Assembly: GCA_964369865.1 (NCBI GenBank)
Contig: CAYJFL010000003.1
Coordinates: 5,700-68,437, forward strand
DNA length: 62,738 nt
Direction: 5' to 3'
From: an uncultured Muribaculaceae bacterium
Lineage (GTDB): Bacteria; Bacillota_I; Bacilli_A; RF39; UBA660
Shown: piece after piece, positions 47,202 to 56,275 of the stretch
Position numbering within the stretch: the stretch's first letter is position 1
Layout: each line of letters opens with the position of its first letter
Position numbers and translations under genes: made by a program
Notes under the pieces: generated by a model
What the model saw: only the letters and a program-made list of their open reading frames with translations
Database searches by the model: none
Told to the model about the DNA's origin: nothing

Positions 47202-47642
47202 CTACTTGTCAGTTTCTTTTTTACAAATATAATCACTATCTTTAAAAATTGCTAAATAACTATCCATAATAATTTTATCATCTTTAATTATATTATTATT
47301 ATCAAAATAAACAATGCTGTATTCATTTATAGGTGTATTAGAGATTAAAGTTATTGAATTATTGGTATCAACAAGTTCATATGTAATTTTAGAATCTGTA
47401 TCAAGTATTTTAGAATCATTAAATAAATTAGTTAATTCCTCCTTCATTTCACCAGAATCAGTTTGATACATAGCACTCATTTTAATATTTAACACTTCAT
47501 TATTAATTCCAGTAATTTCTACAGTACTAACCATAGGTAAATCATTCTCGGTCGTTTCTTTAATACATATATATAACTCTTCTTTTTTAACACAACCACT
47601 TAAAAGTATTAAACTTGTAATTATAAGTAATATTTTTTTCAT
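47202..47642 (-). CDS. Lipoprotein, paralog B
   Basis: Lipobox LLSGC and C-terminal ...CKKETDK. The terminator hairpin (AAGAAACT...AGTTTCTT) is embedded in the 3' end, as in paralog A. Confidence 0.7.
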   Translation of the reverse strand: MKKILLIITSLILLSGCVKKEELYICIKETTENDLPMVSTVEITGINNEVLNIKMSAMYQTDSGEMKEELTNLFNDSKILDTDSKITYELVDTNNSITLISNTPINEYSIVYFDNNNIIKDDKIIMDSYLAIFKDSDYICKKETDK

Positions 47643-47789
47643 TTTATACCCCCATAATAATTATAACACTTGAATATTTATTAAAAAACTATAATTTATA
47701 AATAAGTTACCTTTTTGTATTAAAATTATAATAAAAATTAAAAATATTGTCCGTATTATTAACAAATTAAAAGAATATTAAATATTAGG

Positions 47790-47818
47790 TTGCTTATTAT
47801 ATACATATATAGTATAAT
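47790..47818 (+). promoter_or_regulatory. Sigma-A-type promoter of the DEAD-box helicase gene
   Basis: TTGCTT (47790-47795), 17-nt spacer, TATAAT (47813-47818). Confidence 0.55.
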
Positions 47819-47840
47819 CAGTGAGTTGAAAGAGGTAAAA

Positions 47841-49556
47841 ATGAAGAAATTATTTAACGAATTAGGATTATCTAAAGAAGTTTTAAACTCAATAGATAAA
47901 CTAGGATATGTTAATCCTAGTCCAATCCAAGAAGAAGTTATTCCGTTAATATTAGAAGGTAATGATATTATAGGACAAGCTCAAACGGGTACAGGGAAAA
48001 CTTTAGCATTCGCATCAGGAGTATTATCAAAAATTGATGTGAAAAAGAGTGTAGTACAGTGTATAGTACTAACACCTACAAGAGAACTTGCAATTCAAGT
48101 ATGTGATGAATTTAAAAGTTTAAACAAATCAAGAGAATTTAATTTATTAGCGGTGTATGGTGGAGATTCTATCGAAAGACAAATTAGAGCACTTAATAAA
48201 GGAGTAGACATAGTAGTTGGTACTCCAGGACGTGTTTTAGATTTAATGAAAAGAAAAAAACTTAGTATTAAAGATATAAAATTCTTTGTATTAGATGAAG
48301 CAGATGAAATGCTTAATATGGGATTTTTAGAAGATATTGAACAAGTTTTAGAAGCAACAAATGTAGAAAAACAAATTTTAATGTTTTCTGCTACAATGCC
48401 AAAATCTATTAAAAAATTAGCAACTACTTACATGAATAGTGATTATAAACATGTGGCTATAAAAAGTGAAAGTACAACAAGTAGTAATGTAGAACAAGGA
48501 TACTACATGGTTAGTGAGAAAAATCGTTTAGAAATATTATGTCGTGTTTTAGATTTTAAAGAAAGTTTAAAAACAATTATATTTTGTCAAACAAAAAAAG
48601 AATGTGATACTTTAGTTAGTGAATTACAACACCGTGGTTATAGTGTAGAAGCTATGCATGGTGATATTACGCAGACTATGAGAATGCAAACATTAGAAAG
48701 ATTTAAAAAAGGAAGTTTCCAATTTTTAATTGCTACAGATGTTGCTGCTCGTGGAATCCATGTTAATAATATTGAATTAGTAATTAACTATCGTGTTCCA
48801 AATGAATTTGAAGCATATGTTCATAGAATTGGACGTACAGGTAGAGCTAATACTAAAGGAGAAGCAGTAACTTTAATTTCTCATAAAGAAAAAAGATTTA
48901 TTAAAGATGTTGAAAGAATTACAAAATCTACAGTTATAGAAAAACAAGTACCAACAGCTGAAGAAATTATTAATAGTAAATACTCTTCTACATTAGCTAG
49001 TTTAGAAGAAGTTGATAATATTGAAGAAGCTTTAAATTATGTACGTGATTTAAATAAAGGTGATTTAATTACTTTAGCAGCTACTTTACTTAAAAAGAGT
49101 GTTAGTACATCATTAGGTTCTGATTTAGAAGTTGATGTTACTGTTAAAGATACTAATGCAGTAAGAAAAGTTGATCCAACTAAAACAAGATTATTTATTA
49201 CTATAGGTAAAAAAGATAATCTTAAAAAAGGATCTTTACTAGATTTCTTAAAAGCAGAAACTAATATTGATAAAGATAACTTTAAAAATATTGAAATATT
49301 ATCTACATATACATTTATTGATATACCTAATAAAGAAGTAACTAAGTTTATTGATGGACTTGAAGATGCTTCATTTAATGGTAGAAGTGTTAGAGTAGAA
49401 GTTTCTAATAAAAGTGGTGGAAAACAAAAAGGTTCATCTAGCAGAAATAGAGGAAGAGACCGTGGACGTAGTGGTGGAAGAAGCCGCTCATTTGATAGAG
49501 GATCTAAATCTAATCGTAATGGTAGAAAAAGTGAAAATAGAAGCCGTAGAGGATAA
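47841..49556 (+). CDS. DEAD-box ATP-dependent RNA helicase with DbpA-type RNA-binding domain and RG-rich tail
   Basis: Q motif, AQTGTGKT, DEAD, SAT and HRIGRTGR. C-terminal TRLFITIGKKDNL...VRVEV, then an SRNRGRDRGRSGGRSRS tail. SD AAGAGG precedes ATG 47841; the TTG at 47790 in the track is the -35 box. Confidence 0.95.
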   Translation: MKKLFNELGLSKEVLNSIDKLGYVNPSPIQEEVIPLILEGNDIIGQAQTGTGKTLAFASGVLSKIDVKKSVVQCIVLTPTRELAIQVCDEFKSLNKSREFNLLAVYGGDSIERQIRALNKGVDIVVGTPGRVLDLMKRKKLSIKDIKFFVLDEADEMLNMGFLEDIEQVLEATNVEKQILMFSATMPKSIKKLATTYMNSDYKHVAIKSESTTSSNVEQGYYMVSEKNRLEILCRVLDFKESLKTIIFCQTKKECDTLVSELQHRGYSVEAMHGDITQTMRMQTLERFKKGSFQFLIATDVAARGIHVNNIELVINYRVPNEFEAYVHRIGRTGRANTKGEAVTLISHKEKRFIKDVERITKSTVIEKQVPTAEEIINSKYSSTLASLEEVDNIEEALNYVRDLNKGDLITLAATLLKKSVSTSLGSDLEVDVTVKDTNAVRKVDPTKTRLFITIGKKDNLKKGSLLDFLKAETNIDKDNFKNIEILSTYTFIDIPNKEVTKFIDGLEDASFNGRSVRVEVSNKSGGKQKGSSSRNRGRDRGRSGGRSRSFDRGSKSNRNGRKSENRSRRG

Positions 49557-49585
49557 AAAAAGAGAACTAATATAGTTCTTTTTTA
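49556..49585 (+). terminator. Rho-independent terminator after the helicase gene
   Basis: GAACTA / TAGTTC core stem, extended, followed by a T-run. Confidence 0.7.
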
Positions 49586-49645
49586 ATTGCATAAATATTG
49601 ATAATATAGTAGAATATGTAAATATAAGCGAGCAGGAGCTAAATT

Positions 49646-50041
49646 ATGGAAGAAAACAAATATAAAATAAATTTTCCTAAAGTAGATTTAGAAAAAGTAT
49701 TAACTAGTGATTATAAAACAGAAGAAGAGATAAATGAAATATTAAGTAGTTCTAATATAAGTATAGATGAAAAAATATACTATCGTAATTTAGCTCTTAA
49801 ATATAAAGAAGATGTGGAAGAATATTATAGAGCATTTGAACTATATGTTATGTTAAAAAATAAAGTTGCAAAATACAATATAGAAACTTTATTAAGTTTA
49901 GTATCTAATACAAGAATAAAGGAATTGTTAGATGTATTAATTAATTTAGATAAAGATAGCATGGAAGAATTCGATAGATATTTAATAAGTATATTAAAAA
50001 ATACAGTTATTGATAATAAATATGATAAGAATTTAAGTTAA
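49646..50041 (+). CDS. Small acidic helical protein, member 1 of a local three-gene paralog family
   Basis: 131 aa. C-terminal ELLDVLINLDKDSMEEFDRYLISILKN is shared in pattern with the next two ORFs. Own TTGCAT-17-TAGAAT promoter. Confidence 0.6.
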   Translation: MEENKYKINFPKVDLEKVLTSDYKTEEEINEILSSSNISIDEKIYYRNLALKYKEDVEEYYRAFELYVMLKNKVAKYNIETLLSLVSNTRIKELLDVLINLDKDSMEEFDRYLISILKNTVIDNKYDKNLS

Positions 50042-50078
50042 TCTAAATAATGTGTTATAATGTAAATAGGTGATAAAA

Positions 50079-50315
50079 ATGATAAATAATAGAGTAAATA
50101 GTAATGACACTTTTGATAATAAAAAAACAGCTTTAGTTTTAATTGTCGAGTTATATTCAGCTTTTCATAATAATGGAGCAGATAAATATTTAAATAATAT
50201 TTCAGACTCAGATAAAGCTTTATTGTTAGATAAATTAGTTGATTTAAAAAATAATAGTGAACAGGAAGATAAAGAGTTAGAAGCTATTATAACGCTTGTT
50301 GAAGAAGCTATTTAA
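50079..50315 (+). CDS. Small acidic helical protein, paralog 2
   Basis: 78 aa from ATG 50079 (SD AGGTGA). It carries LLLDKLVDLKNNSEQEDKELEAIITLVEE. An extended -10 TGTTATAAT lies upstream. Confidence 0.6.
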   Translation: MINNRVNSNDTFDNKKTALVLIVELYSAFHNNGADKYLNNISDSDKALLLDKLVDLKNNSEQEDKELEAIITLVEEAI

Positions 50316-50366
50316 TATAATAATACTTGTATTTGACATTTTAACAAAATATGGTAGTATATATAA

Positions 50367-50579
50367 CTATATTGGTTATTAGGAGGATTTTTTAATGCTT
50401 TTGAAGAAGGAAAAGGCTTTGAATATGCTACTCTTTTAACAAATGACGAAAAAGAAAAAATTTTAGAGGCTATTTTTGAAGTTGCAAGAGAAGATGGATT
50501 AGAATATGAACATTTACAAATAATTAGTATTTTAAAAACATCAATTAATAGTAATGAATATGCTAAACAATTTAATTAA
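50367..50579 (+). pseudogene. Paralog 3 of the small helical family, apparently frameshifted right after its start codon
   Basis: A strong promoter (TTGACA-17-TAGTAT with TG) and AGGAGG precede ATG 50395, which opens only a 14-codon frame. The family-like sequence (AFEEGKGFEYATLLTNDEKEKILEAIFEV...LQIISILKT) lies in the adjacent frame, which has no start codon. Confidence 0.5.
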
Positions 50580-50610
50580 AAAGATATTACAAATGTAATA
50601 TCTTTTTTTT
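50578..50610. terminator. Bidirectional terminator between convergent units
   Basis: 10-bp stem AAGATATTAC / GTAATATCTT with a 4-nt loop, an A-run before it and T8 after it. Confidence 0.75.
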
Positions 50611-50624
50611 CCACAGTATAAATT

Positions 50625-51806
50625 TTATTTAAAATATTTTATAGTAAAAGTAGTAGTTTTCCCCAGAATAGATTTGACTTCAATAGTACCACTATTTTTA
50701 TTTATAATAGTTTTTGCTAAATTAAGTCCAATTCCCATACTATTTTTAAGTGAATTCTCATCACGATAAAATCTATTGAATATTAAATTTAATTTATCAT
50801 TGCTAATTCCTTTACCAAAATCAGTTATTTCTATCTTAGTATAAAAATTATTATCGGTGATTTTTATATCTATATTAGAATTATTGAAAGAATTTTCAAT
50901 AGCATTTTTTAAAATATTACTAATAGCTTCTATTTGCCATTTTAAGTCAATGTTTAATTTTATATTATTTTTATTATAATTAATGTTAATATTTTTATTA
51001 TCAGCTAAAATACCAACGTTATCTATAGACTTTTCAATTAATAAATCAATAGCAACTAATTTATTATTAAATTCAATCGCGTTCGCATCAAATTTAGATA
51101 ATTTCAGCAGTTCATATATTAAATTTTCTAACTTTATTGTCTTATCTTTTATATCTTTTAAAAATTCTTCTTTAGTAGATTGTTCCATATCTTTATTATC
51201 AAGGATATTGTCAATCATTATTAAAATACCTGTAATTGGTGTTTTTAATTGATGAGATATATCAGCAATATTATTTTTTATTAATTTTTTATCATTGTTT
51301 AATTTGTTAGTATGTTCTTTTAAAGCTGCAGTGATTTTATACAATTCATTTTTTAATAGTGACAATTCATTATTATCATTTGTCTCTATTTCTAGTTTGA
51401 ATTTATTTAAATTTATATTGTTGATATATTTGATTAATTTATTAATATCACTACTTATTTTATAATCGATTAATAAGTATATTCCAAATATCAATGTTGA
51501 TATACTATTTATAGAAATAATGTTGATAAATATATTTTTATTCAATTTATCATAATTTTTTTTAACAATATTTAAATCGTTTATATTATAACCATAATCA
51601 GTTAATAAATTTTCATCAATATTTTTATCTTTATTTAAAACAGTCACAACAGTATCTTTGCTAACGTCATCATTATCAATTATTTTATAAATTAATTCAT
51701 TATAGTTAGTATTATATGACTTATAATTGTTTACAGTTATAAAATAAGTAACAAAACTTAAACCAACAAGACTAATTAATAATAATATTACTTTTTTTTT
51801 AATCAT
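50625..51806 (-). CDS. Sensor histidine kinase (two TM segments, ~75-aa extracytoplasmic loop, HisKA + HATPase_c)
   Basis: H-box ADISHQLKTPITGI, N-box ILKNAIENS, G-boxes DFGKGI and GIGLNL. ATG 51806 overlaps the regulator stop (ATGATTAA); the TTG at 51827 in the track is less likely. Confidence 0.9.
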   Translation of the reverse strand: MIKKKVILLLISLVGLSFVTYFITVNNYKSYNTNYNELIYKIIDNDDVSKDTVVTVLNKDKNIDENLLTDYGYNINDLNIVKKNYDKLNKNIFINIISINSISTLIFGIYLLIDYKISSDINKLIKYINNINLNKFKLEIETNDNNELSLLKNELYKITAALKEHTNKLNNDKKLIKNNIADISHQLKTPITGILIMIDNILDNKDMEQSTKEEFLKDIKDKTIKLENLIYELLKLSKFDANAIEFNNKLVAIDLLIEKSIDNVGILADNKNININYNKNNIKLNIDLKWQIEAISNILKNAIENSFNNSNIDIKITDNNFYTKIEITDFGKGISNDKLNLIFNRFYRDENSLKNSMGIGLNLAKTIINKNSGTIEVKSILGKTTTFTIKYFK

Positions 51807-52437
51807 TACTAACCACCATATAACCAATTCCTTTAATAGTTTTTATATAATTACGATCTAACTTCTCTCTAATACGCTTAATGTAAACAGAAAGTGTATT
51901 GTCATTTACAAATTTATTGTTACTATCCCAAATTAAAGATAATATTTTATCTCTAGTTACAACTTTATCTACATTACTAAATAATAATAATATAATATTG
52001 TATTCTAATTTAGTAAAATCTAATTTTTTTTCATCAACACTAATCATATATTTATTAAAATCAATAATTATATCTTTAAAAATTAATAGATTTTTTTCAT
52101 TCCTATCAAGTACTTTTTTAATTCTAATTAATAATTCTTTATTTTTAAAAGGCTTAGTAATATAATCTTCTGCTTTGTCTAAAGCTCTAATAATATCTTC
52201 TTCAAAATCGTTAGCCGATAAAAAAATAATAGGAGTTTTTATATTAGCCTCTAACAGTGTCATCGTATTACCATCAGGTAGTGTCATATCTAATATTAAT
52301 AAATCAAAGCTGTCTAAGTTTTTAGTTTTAACTTCAGCCATAGTAGTTGCGGTAACTATATTATATTTATCTTTAAGTAAATATAGTAATCCTTTAATTA
52401 TGATTTCATCATCTTCGACTAATAGTATATTTTTCAT
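51799..52437 (-). CDS. OmpR-family response regulator
   Basis: Receiver domain (LVEDDE, DLLILDMTLPDG, K in ITKPF) plus winged-helix output (TLSVYIKRIREKL, IKTIKGIGY). Confidence 0.93.
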   Translation of the reverse strand: MKNILLVEDDEIIIKGLLYLLKDKYNIVTATTMAEVKTKNLDSFDLLILDMTLPDGNTMTLLEANIKTPIIFLSANDFEEDIIRALDKAEDYITKPFKNKELLIRIKKVLDRNEKNLLIFKDIIIDFNKYMISVDEKKLDFTKLEYNIILLLFSNVDKVVTRDKILSLIWDSNNKFVNDNTLSVYIKRIREKLDRNYIKTIKGIGYMVVSND

Positions 52438-52489
52438 TGTATCACCTCTTTTATTATATCATATATATAAAAAGACAACTAAGTTGTCC

Positions 52490-55018
52490 TTATATATTTT
52501 CGTTTCTTATTGTTTCAATTATATTTTGTTTATTAATTTTATTAATAGATAAACGCATAATTAAATATATTATAATAAATACGAATATGATTGCTATTAA
52601 AATGGCTTCATATGGAGGAACAAATTTTAATTCTTCCATCAATGAATCGCTAGTTGAACTATACATTAAATATGATAATAAAACTCCTAGTGGAATACCA
52701 ATTATTAATGATTTAATACAGTAAAAGAAGCTTTCTAGTTTAATCATATTAATTAATTCTTTTTTAGTCATTCCAATAGATTTTAATATTGCGAATTCTT
52801 TACTTCTAAGATTTATATTAGTTGTAATCGTATTGAAAATATTTGTAACTCCAATTAAAGTTATAACAGTAATAAATCCATACAAGAAGATAGATATTAA
52901 TAGTAATACATTATCAATCATTTTTTTATAGACTACATAGTCATCAATATAAAAACTATTATCATTAATATCCTCATATGTATCAATTTCTTCAGTTAAT
53001 AAAATATTATCTTCAGGATTTAAATATAAATTGGAAATCATAGTATAATCAGTAATTTCTTTTAATTCATTATATGTTTGTTCATTAATAATTAATGTAG
53101 GTCCAACAAAATTAAACAAATCTTGATTTTTATCAATATACTTGATATCTAGAGATTTATTAGTATTTACAAGTTCACTATTACTATTATAAGTATGTAA
53201 GTTAATACTATTTAAATTATCTTTAAATGCGTTTATTTCTAATTCCTCATTGCCATCATATACAGTAATATTGTTGTTAAATAATAAACCTGTATTATTT
53301 AACTCTTCATTATCTAAATTGATTTCTTTTAATAGATCGTTATATGTGTTTTCATCTAATTTAACTAAACTTACAAAAGAGTAATCATCAGTTGACATAA
53401 TATATTTTTCAGATTCGTCACTCATATTTGTTACTTCAGTAAGAAAAGATATTTCATAATTATAAAAGTAATCATCACCAGCACCATCCAATTTTAATAT
53501 TTCCATAAATTGTTGTTCTTTGGTTTTATCATCTAAGCTGTAATCACTATTGAAAACAACATATGAATATTTAGAACTTTCAAATTCGTTGTTTGCAGTA
53601 GTGAAACCTATTGATAAGAAATAACTTAGTGATATAAATGTAATAACACTAATAGTAATTGAAATAATAGTAGTTCTAAATTTACTTTTATTTCTTTTCA
53701 TATTTTTATAAGCAATTACCCCACCGTTTTTAAATATCGATTTAATAATTTTAGGAACTTTAAGTTTTTTCTTCTTTTTAATTTTAATTTCATTTCTATT
53801 TTTAATTGCATCTATTTCACTTATTCTACTTACTCTAATAGCTGTACCAATAGATGATAGATAAATAGTTAAAATAGATAATATTATGCTTAATAGTATT
53901 ACTAAATAATTAACTTTAAAAATCATTTTAGTTGAAATTTCAATTGCTAATAGACTATTTACTAGTAATACCAGAATGTAGGCAGCTAGAAGTCCAAAAA
54001 TAATTCCTAGTGGTATTGCTATTATACCTAAGTAAAAACCTTCTTTAAAGATAGTTTTACGTATTTGTCTAGGAGTAGCACCTATACTTCTAATCATACC
54101 ATACTGTCTTATTTTTTCATTTGCTGATATAGCAAATGAATTTCTTATACAGAAAATACTACTTAGTATAATAATTCCAAATACAATAGAGGCTAAAGCG
54201 GTAATTGCTTCCATTGTACCATCATTAACAGTATATCCACTCATTGATAATAATTGTGAGTTATAACTATATTCATATTTGCCCGTTTCAAATTCAGACT
54301 CTATACCTAAAATTGAATAAGTTATATCTTTATAATTTTCTGGATTATTATATAAAATACTTATATCAGCACGATCACTTATTTCATCTATTTTAGTAAT
54401 TAAAGTATGATGCTGATAATTAGAATAGCTTATATATCCAACAACAGTTAATTCAACTATTTCACTACTTTCTAATTCTATATTATTAGCATAGAAATCT
54501 CTTTCACAAATAAATTTTTCATCACCATCTTGACAGTAAGTGGTACCTTTATCAAATTTTATTTTTTCTCCGATATTATAATCATAAGTTAAATATTCAC
54601 TTATAACTATTTCAGTATCATTTTGTGGTAATCTACCTTCTATCAAATTATCTTCCAAATCAGCTAAAGCTTCCTCGGTAGCACCAGAAACGTTATATGT
54701 AGTAAAATACTCATCATCGTTATCAGTTTCTTTAACATTGTATAATAATTCAGATAAATAATATTCTTTAGTTTCTTTATGGTTAATTAAATAATTTACC
54801 TCTTCTTTAGGTACATCAAAAAAAGTTATATGTCTATTTCCTGAAGTGTTAATCGCATCTTGTTGCATTGTAAACATGAATGAAGTTATCATTGAAGCAA
54901 CAGCTGTAATTAATGCTCCAGATAGAATTATACCGATGATAGTAACTATTGATCTTTGTTTATTTAACAATAAACTTCTTAAACTTAACTTACTTAATAT
55001 TTTCATAAGTACTCTCAT
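52490..55018 (-). CDS. Fused double FtsX/MacB-type ABC transporter permease (842 aa)
   Basis: Two FtsX-like TM bundles, each preceded by a large hydrophilic, probably extracytoplasmic loop. It overlaps the ATPase gene end. The start could be ATG 55006. Confidence 0.88.
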   Translation of the reverse strand: MRVLMKILSKLSLRSLLLNKQRSIVTIIGIILSGALITAVASMITSFMFTMQQDAINTSGNRHITFFDVPKEEVNYLINHKETKEYYLSELLYNVKETDNDDEYFTTYNVSGATEEALADLEDNLIEGRLPQNDTEIVISEYLTYDYNIGEKIKFDKGTTYCQDGDEKFICERDFYANNIELESSEIVELTVVGYISYSNYQHHTLITKIDEISDRADISILYNNPENYKDITYSILGIESEFETGKYEYSYNSQLLSMSGYTVNDGTMEAITALASIVFGIIILSSIFCIRNSFAISANEKIRQYGMIRSIGATPRQIRKTIFKEGFYLGIIAIPLGIIFGLLAAYILVLLVNSLLAIEISTKMIFKVNYLVILLSIILSILTIYLSSIGTAIRVSRISEIDAIKNRNEIKIKKKKKLKVPKIIKSIFKNGGVIAYKNMKRNKSKFRTTIISITISVITFISLSYFLSIGFTTANNEFESSKYSYVVFNSDYSLDDKTKEQQFMEILKLDGAGDDYFYNYEISFLTEVTNMSDESEKYIMSTDDYSFVSLVKLDENTYNDLLKEINLDNEELNNTGLLFNNNITVYDGNEELEINAFKDNLNSINLHTYNSNSELVNTNKSLDIKYIDKNQDLFNFVGPTLIINEQTYNELKEITDYTMISNLYLNPEDNILLTEEIDTYEDINDNSFYIDDYVVYKKMIDNVLLLISIFLYGFITVITLIGVTNIFNTITTNINLRSKEFAILKSIGMTKKELINMIKLESFFYCIKSLIIGIPLGVLLSYLMYSSTSDSLMEELKFVPPYEAILIAIIFVFIIIYLIMRLSINKINKQNIIETIRNENI

Positions 55019-55682
55019 CTCTTATAATTTTACCATCTTCAATAGTTATAATTCTATTTGCATATTGAGCAATTTTTTTATCATGAGTAATCATAATAAT
55101 GGTTTGGTTATATTTTTGATTAGACAATTTTAACAATGAAACAATTTCCTCACTATTTTTACTGTCTAAATTACCAGTTGGTTCATCAGCAAGTATAATA
55201 GCGGGATTATTAATCATTGCTCTTCCAATACTAACTCGCTGTTGTTCACCCCCACTAAGTTCACTAGGTAAATGATTAACACGAGTATTAAGTCCGAGTG
55301 TATTTAGAATTTCTTCTAATTTATTAACACTAACTTTTACATTATCAAGTAAAGTAGGTAGTGTAATATTTTCAGTAACGTTTAATATTGGAATTAGATT
55401 ATAAAATTGATAAATTAATCCTAATTGTCTTCTTCTAAAAATCGCTAATTTATCTCTATTTAAAGAATAGATGTCAGTATTATCGATAAATACTTTTCCA
55501 CTAGTAGGTTTATCAACTCCACCAATTAAATGTAATAATGTAGATTTTCCACTACCACTAGCACCTACAATTGCAACAAATTCTCCTTTTTCCACACTGA
55601 AAGATATATTATCGACAGCTTTAACAACATTTTCCCCAGTATTATATGTTTTACATAAATTTTCCACTTGTAATATTTTCAT
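54990..55682 (-). CDS. ABC transporter ATP-binding protein (MacB/BceA-type)
   Basis: Walker A GASGSGKST, signature LSGGEQQRV, Walker B ILADEPTGNLD. Confidence 0.95.
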   Translation of the reverse strand: MKILQVENLCKTYNTGENVVKAVDNISFSVEKGEFVAIVGASGSGKSTLLHLIGGVDKPTSGKVFIDNTDIYSLNRDKLAIFRRRQLGLIYQFYNLIPILNVTENITLPTLLDNVKVSVNKLEEILNTLGLNTRVNHLPSELSGGEQQRVSIGRAMINNPAIILADEPTGNLDSKNSEEIVSLLKLSNQKYNQTIIMITHDKKIAQYANRIITIEDGKIIRDESTYENIK

Positions 55683-55716
55683 ATATATTCCTCCTTAATT
55701 CAATTATATATTATTT

Positions 55717-55733
55717 AAAGTGACTTAATAGTG
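55717..55733 (-). promoter_or_regulatory. Direct repeat GTCAC-N6-GTCAC (11-bp period) just upstream of the ABC operon -10 box; candidate response-regulator site
   Basis: Minus strand reads TGTCACTATTAAGTCACTTTAAATAATATATAATTG. The repeat abuts the -35 position of a TATAAT box located ahead of the ATPase SD. Confidence 0.3.
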
Positions 55734-55804
55734 ACAAAAGCAAAATTATTGACATATTTATTAAAAATATATATTATAATGTATAAAAGAAGTAGGTAGT
55801 AAAC

Positions 55805-56275
55805 ATGAAGTATAATTTTATGATTGAAAAAAAAGAAAATTTAAGTATCTTTGCAGCAGGGTATATAATCACTGAAAGTGGAGAGTGTATTTTAATAGGA
55901 GATAACGAATATCATAGTATAGTTTTTTCTGAATTTATATCTGTGATTGATAATAGTGATTATTTTGAATATAATTTATTTGAAGCTTCTAAAATTTTAT
56001 TAGAAAATGGAAATATACTATATTTTGGAATTAAGCCTGCTCAAGTTATTAAATATGACTCTACAGTTAACCCAAATATTGTACTAAATGATGAATTAGA
56101 AGTAACAGATAGTCAGTTAGAAATTATCAATATATTATGTGAAAAACATAAAAAATTTGATAAAGATTGTATCGAGAATATTTCATTTGACACAATTAAT
56201 TCACATACATTTGATAATATTGATTCTTTACGTGAAAACTTAAAAATAAAGAAAAAAGATAATATTAGTTATTAA
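55805..56275 (+). CDS. Hypothetical cytoplasmic protein
   Basis: Clean 156-aa ORF with upstream TTGACA-17-TATTAT boxes. No family recognised. Its stop overlaps the stop of the convergent gene. Confidence 0.6.
   Translation: MKYNFMIEKKENLSIFAAGYIITESGECILIGDNEYHSIVFSEFISVIDNSDYFEYNLFEASKILLENGNILYFGIKPAQVIKYDSTVNPNIVLNDELEVTDSQLEIINILCEKHKKFDKDCIENISFDTINSHTFDNIDSLRENLKIKKKDNISY

Noticed and set aside
75-50315. Extended N-termini in the ORF track (starts at 75, 1327, 7350, 17096, 18544, 19797, 20960, 23143, 24806, 25095, 26762, 27378, 37853, 47790, 50070, 51827)
   Set aside because: In each case a downstream ATG with a properly spaced Shine-Dalgarno sequence matches the conserved protein N-terminus. 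The upstream extension runs through a terminator, promoter box or the SD itself, so the starts were re-assigned. The ORF at 75 is the exception: its frame is open to the window edge, so that gene was extended upstream instead.
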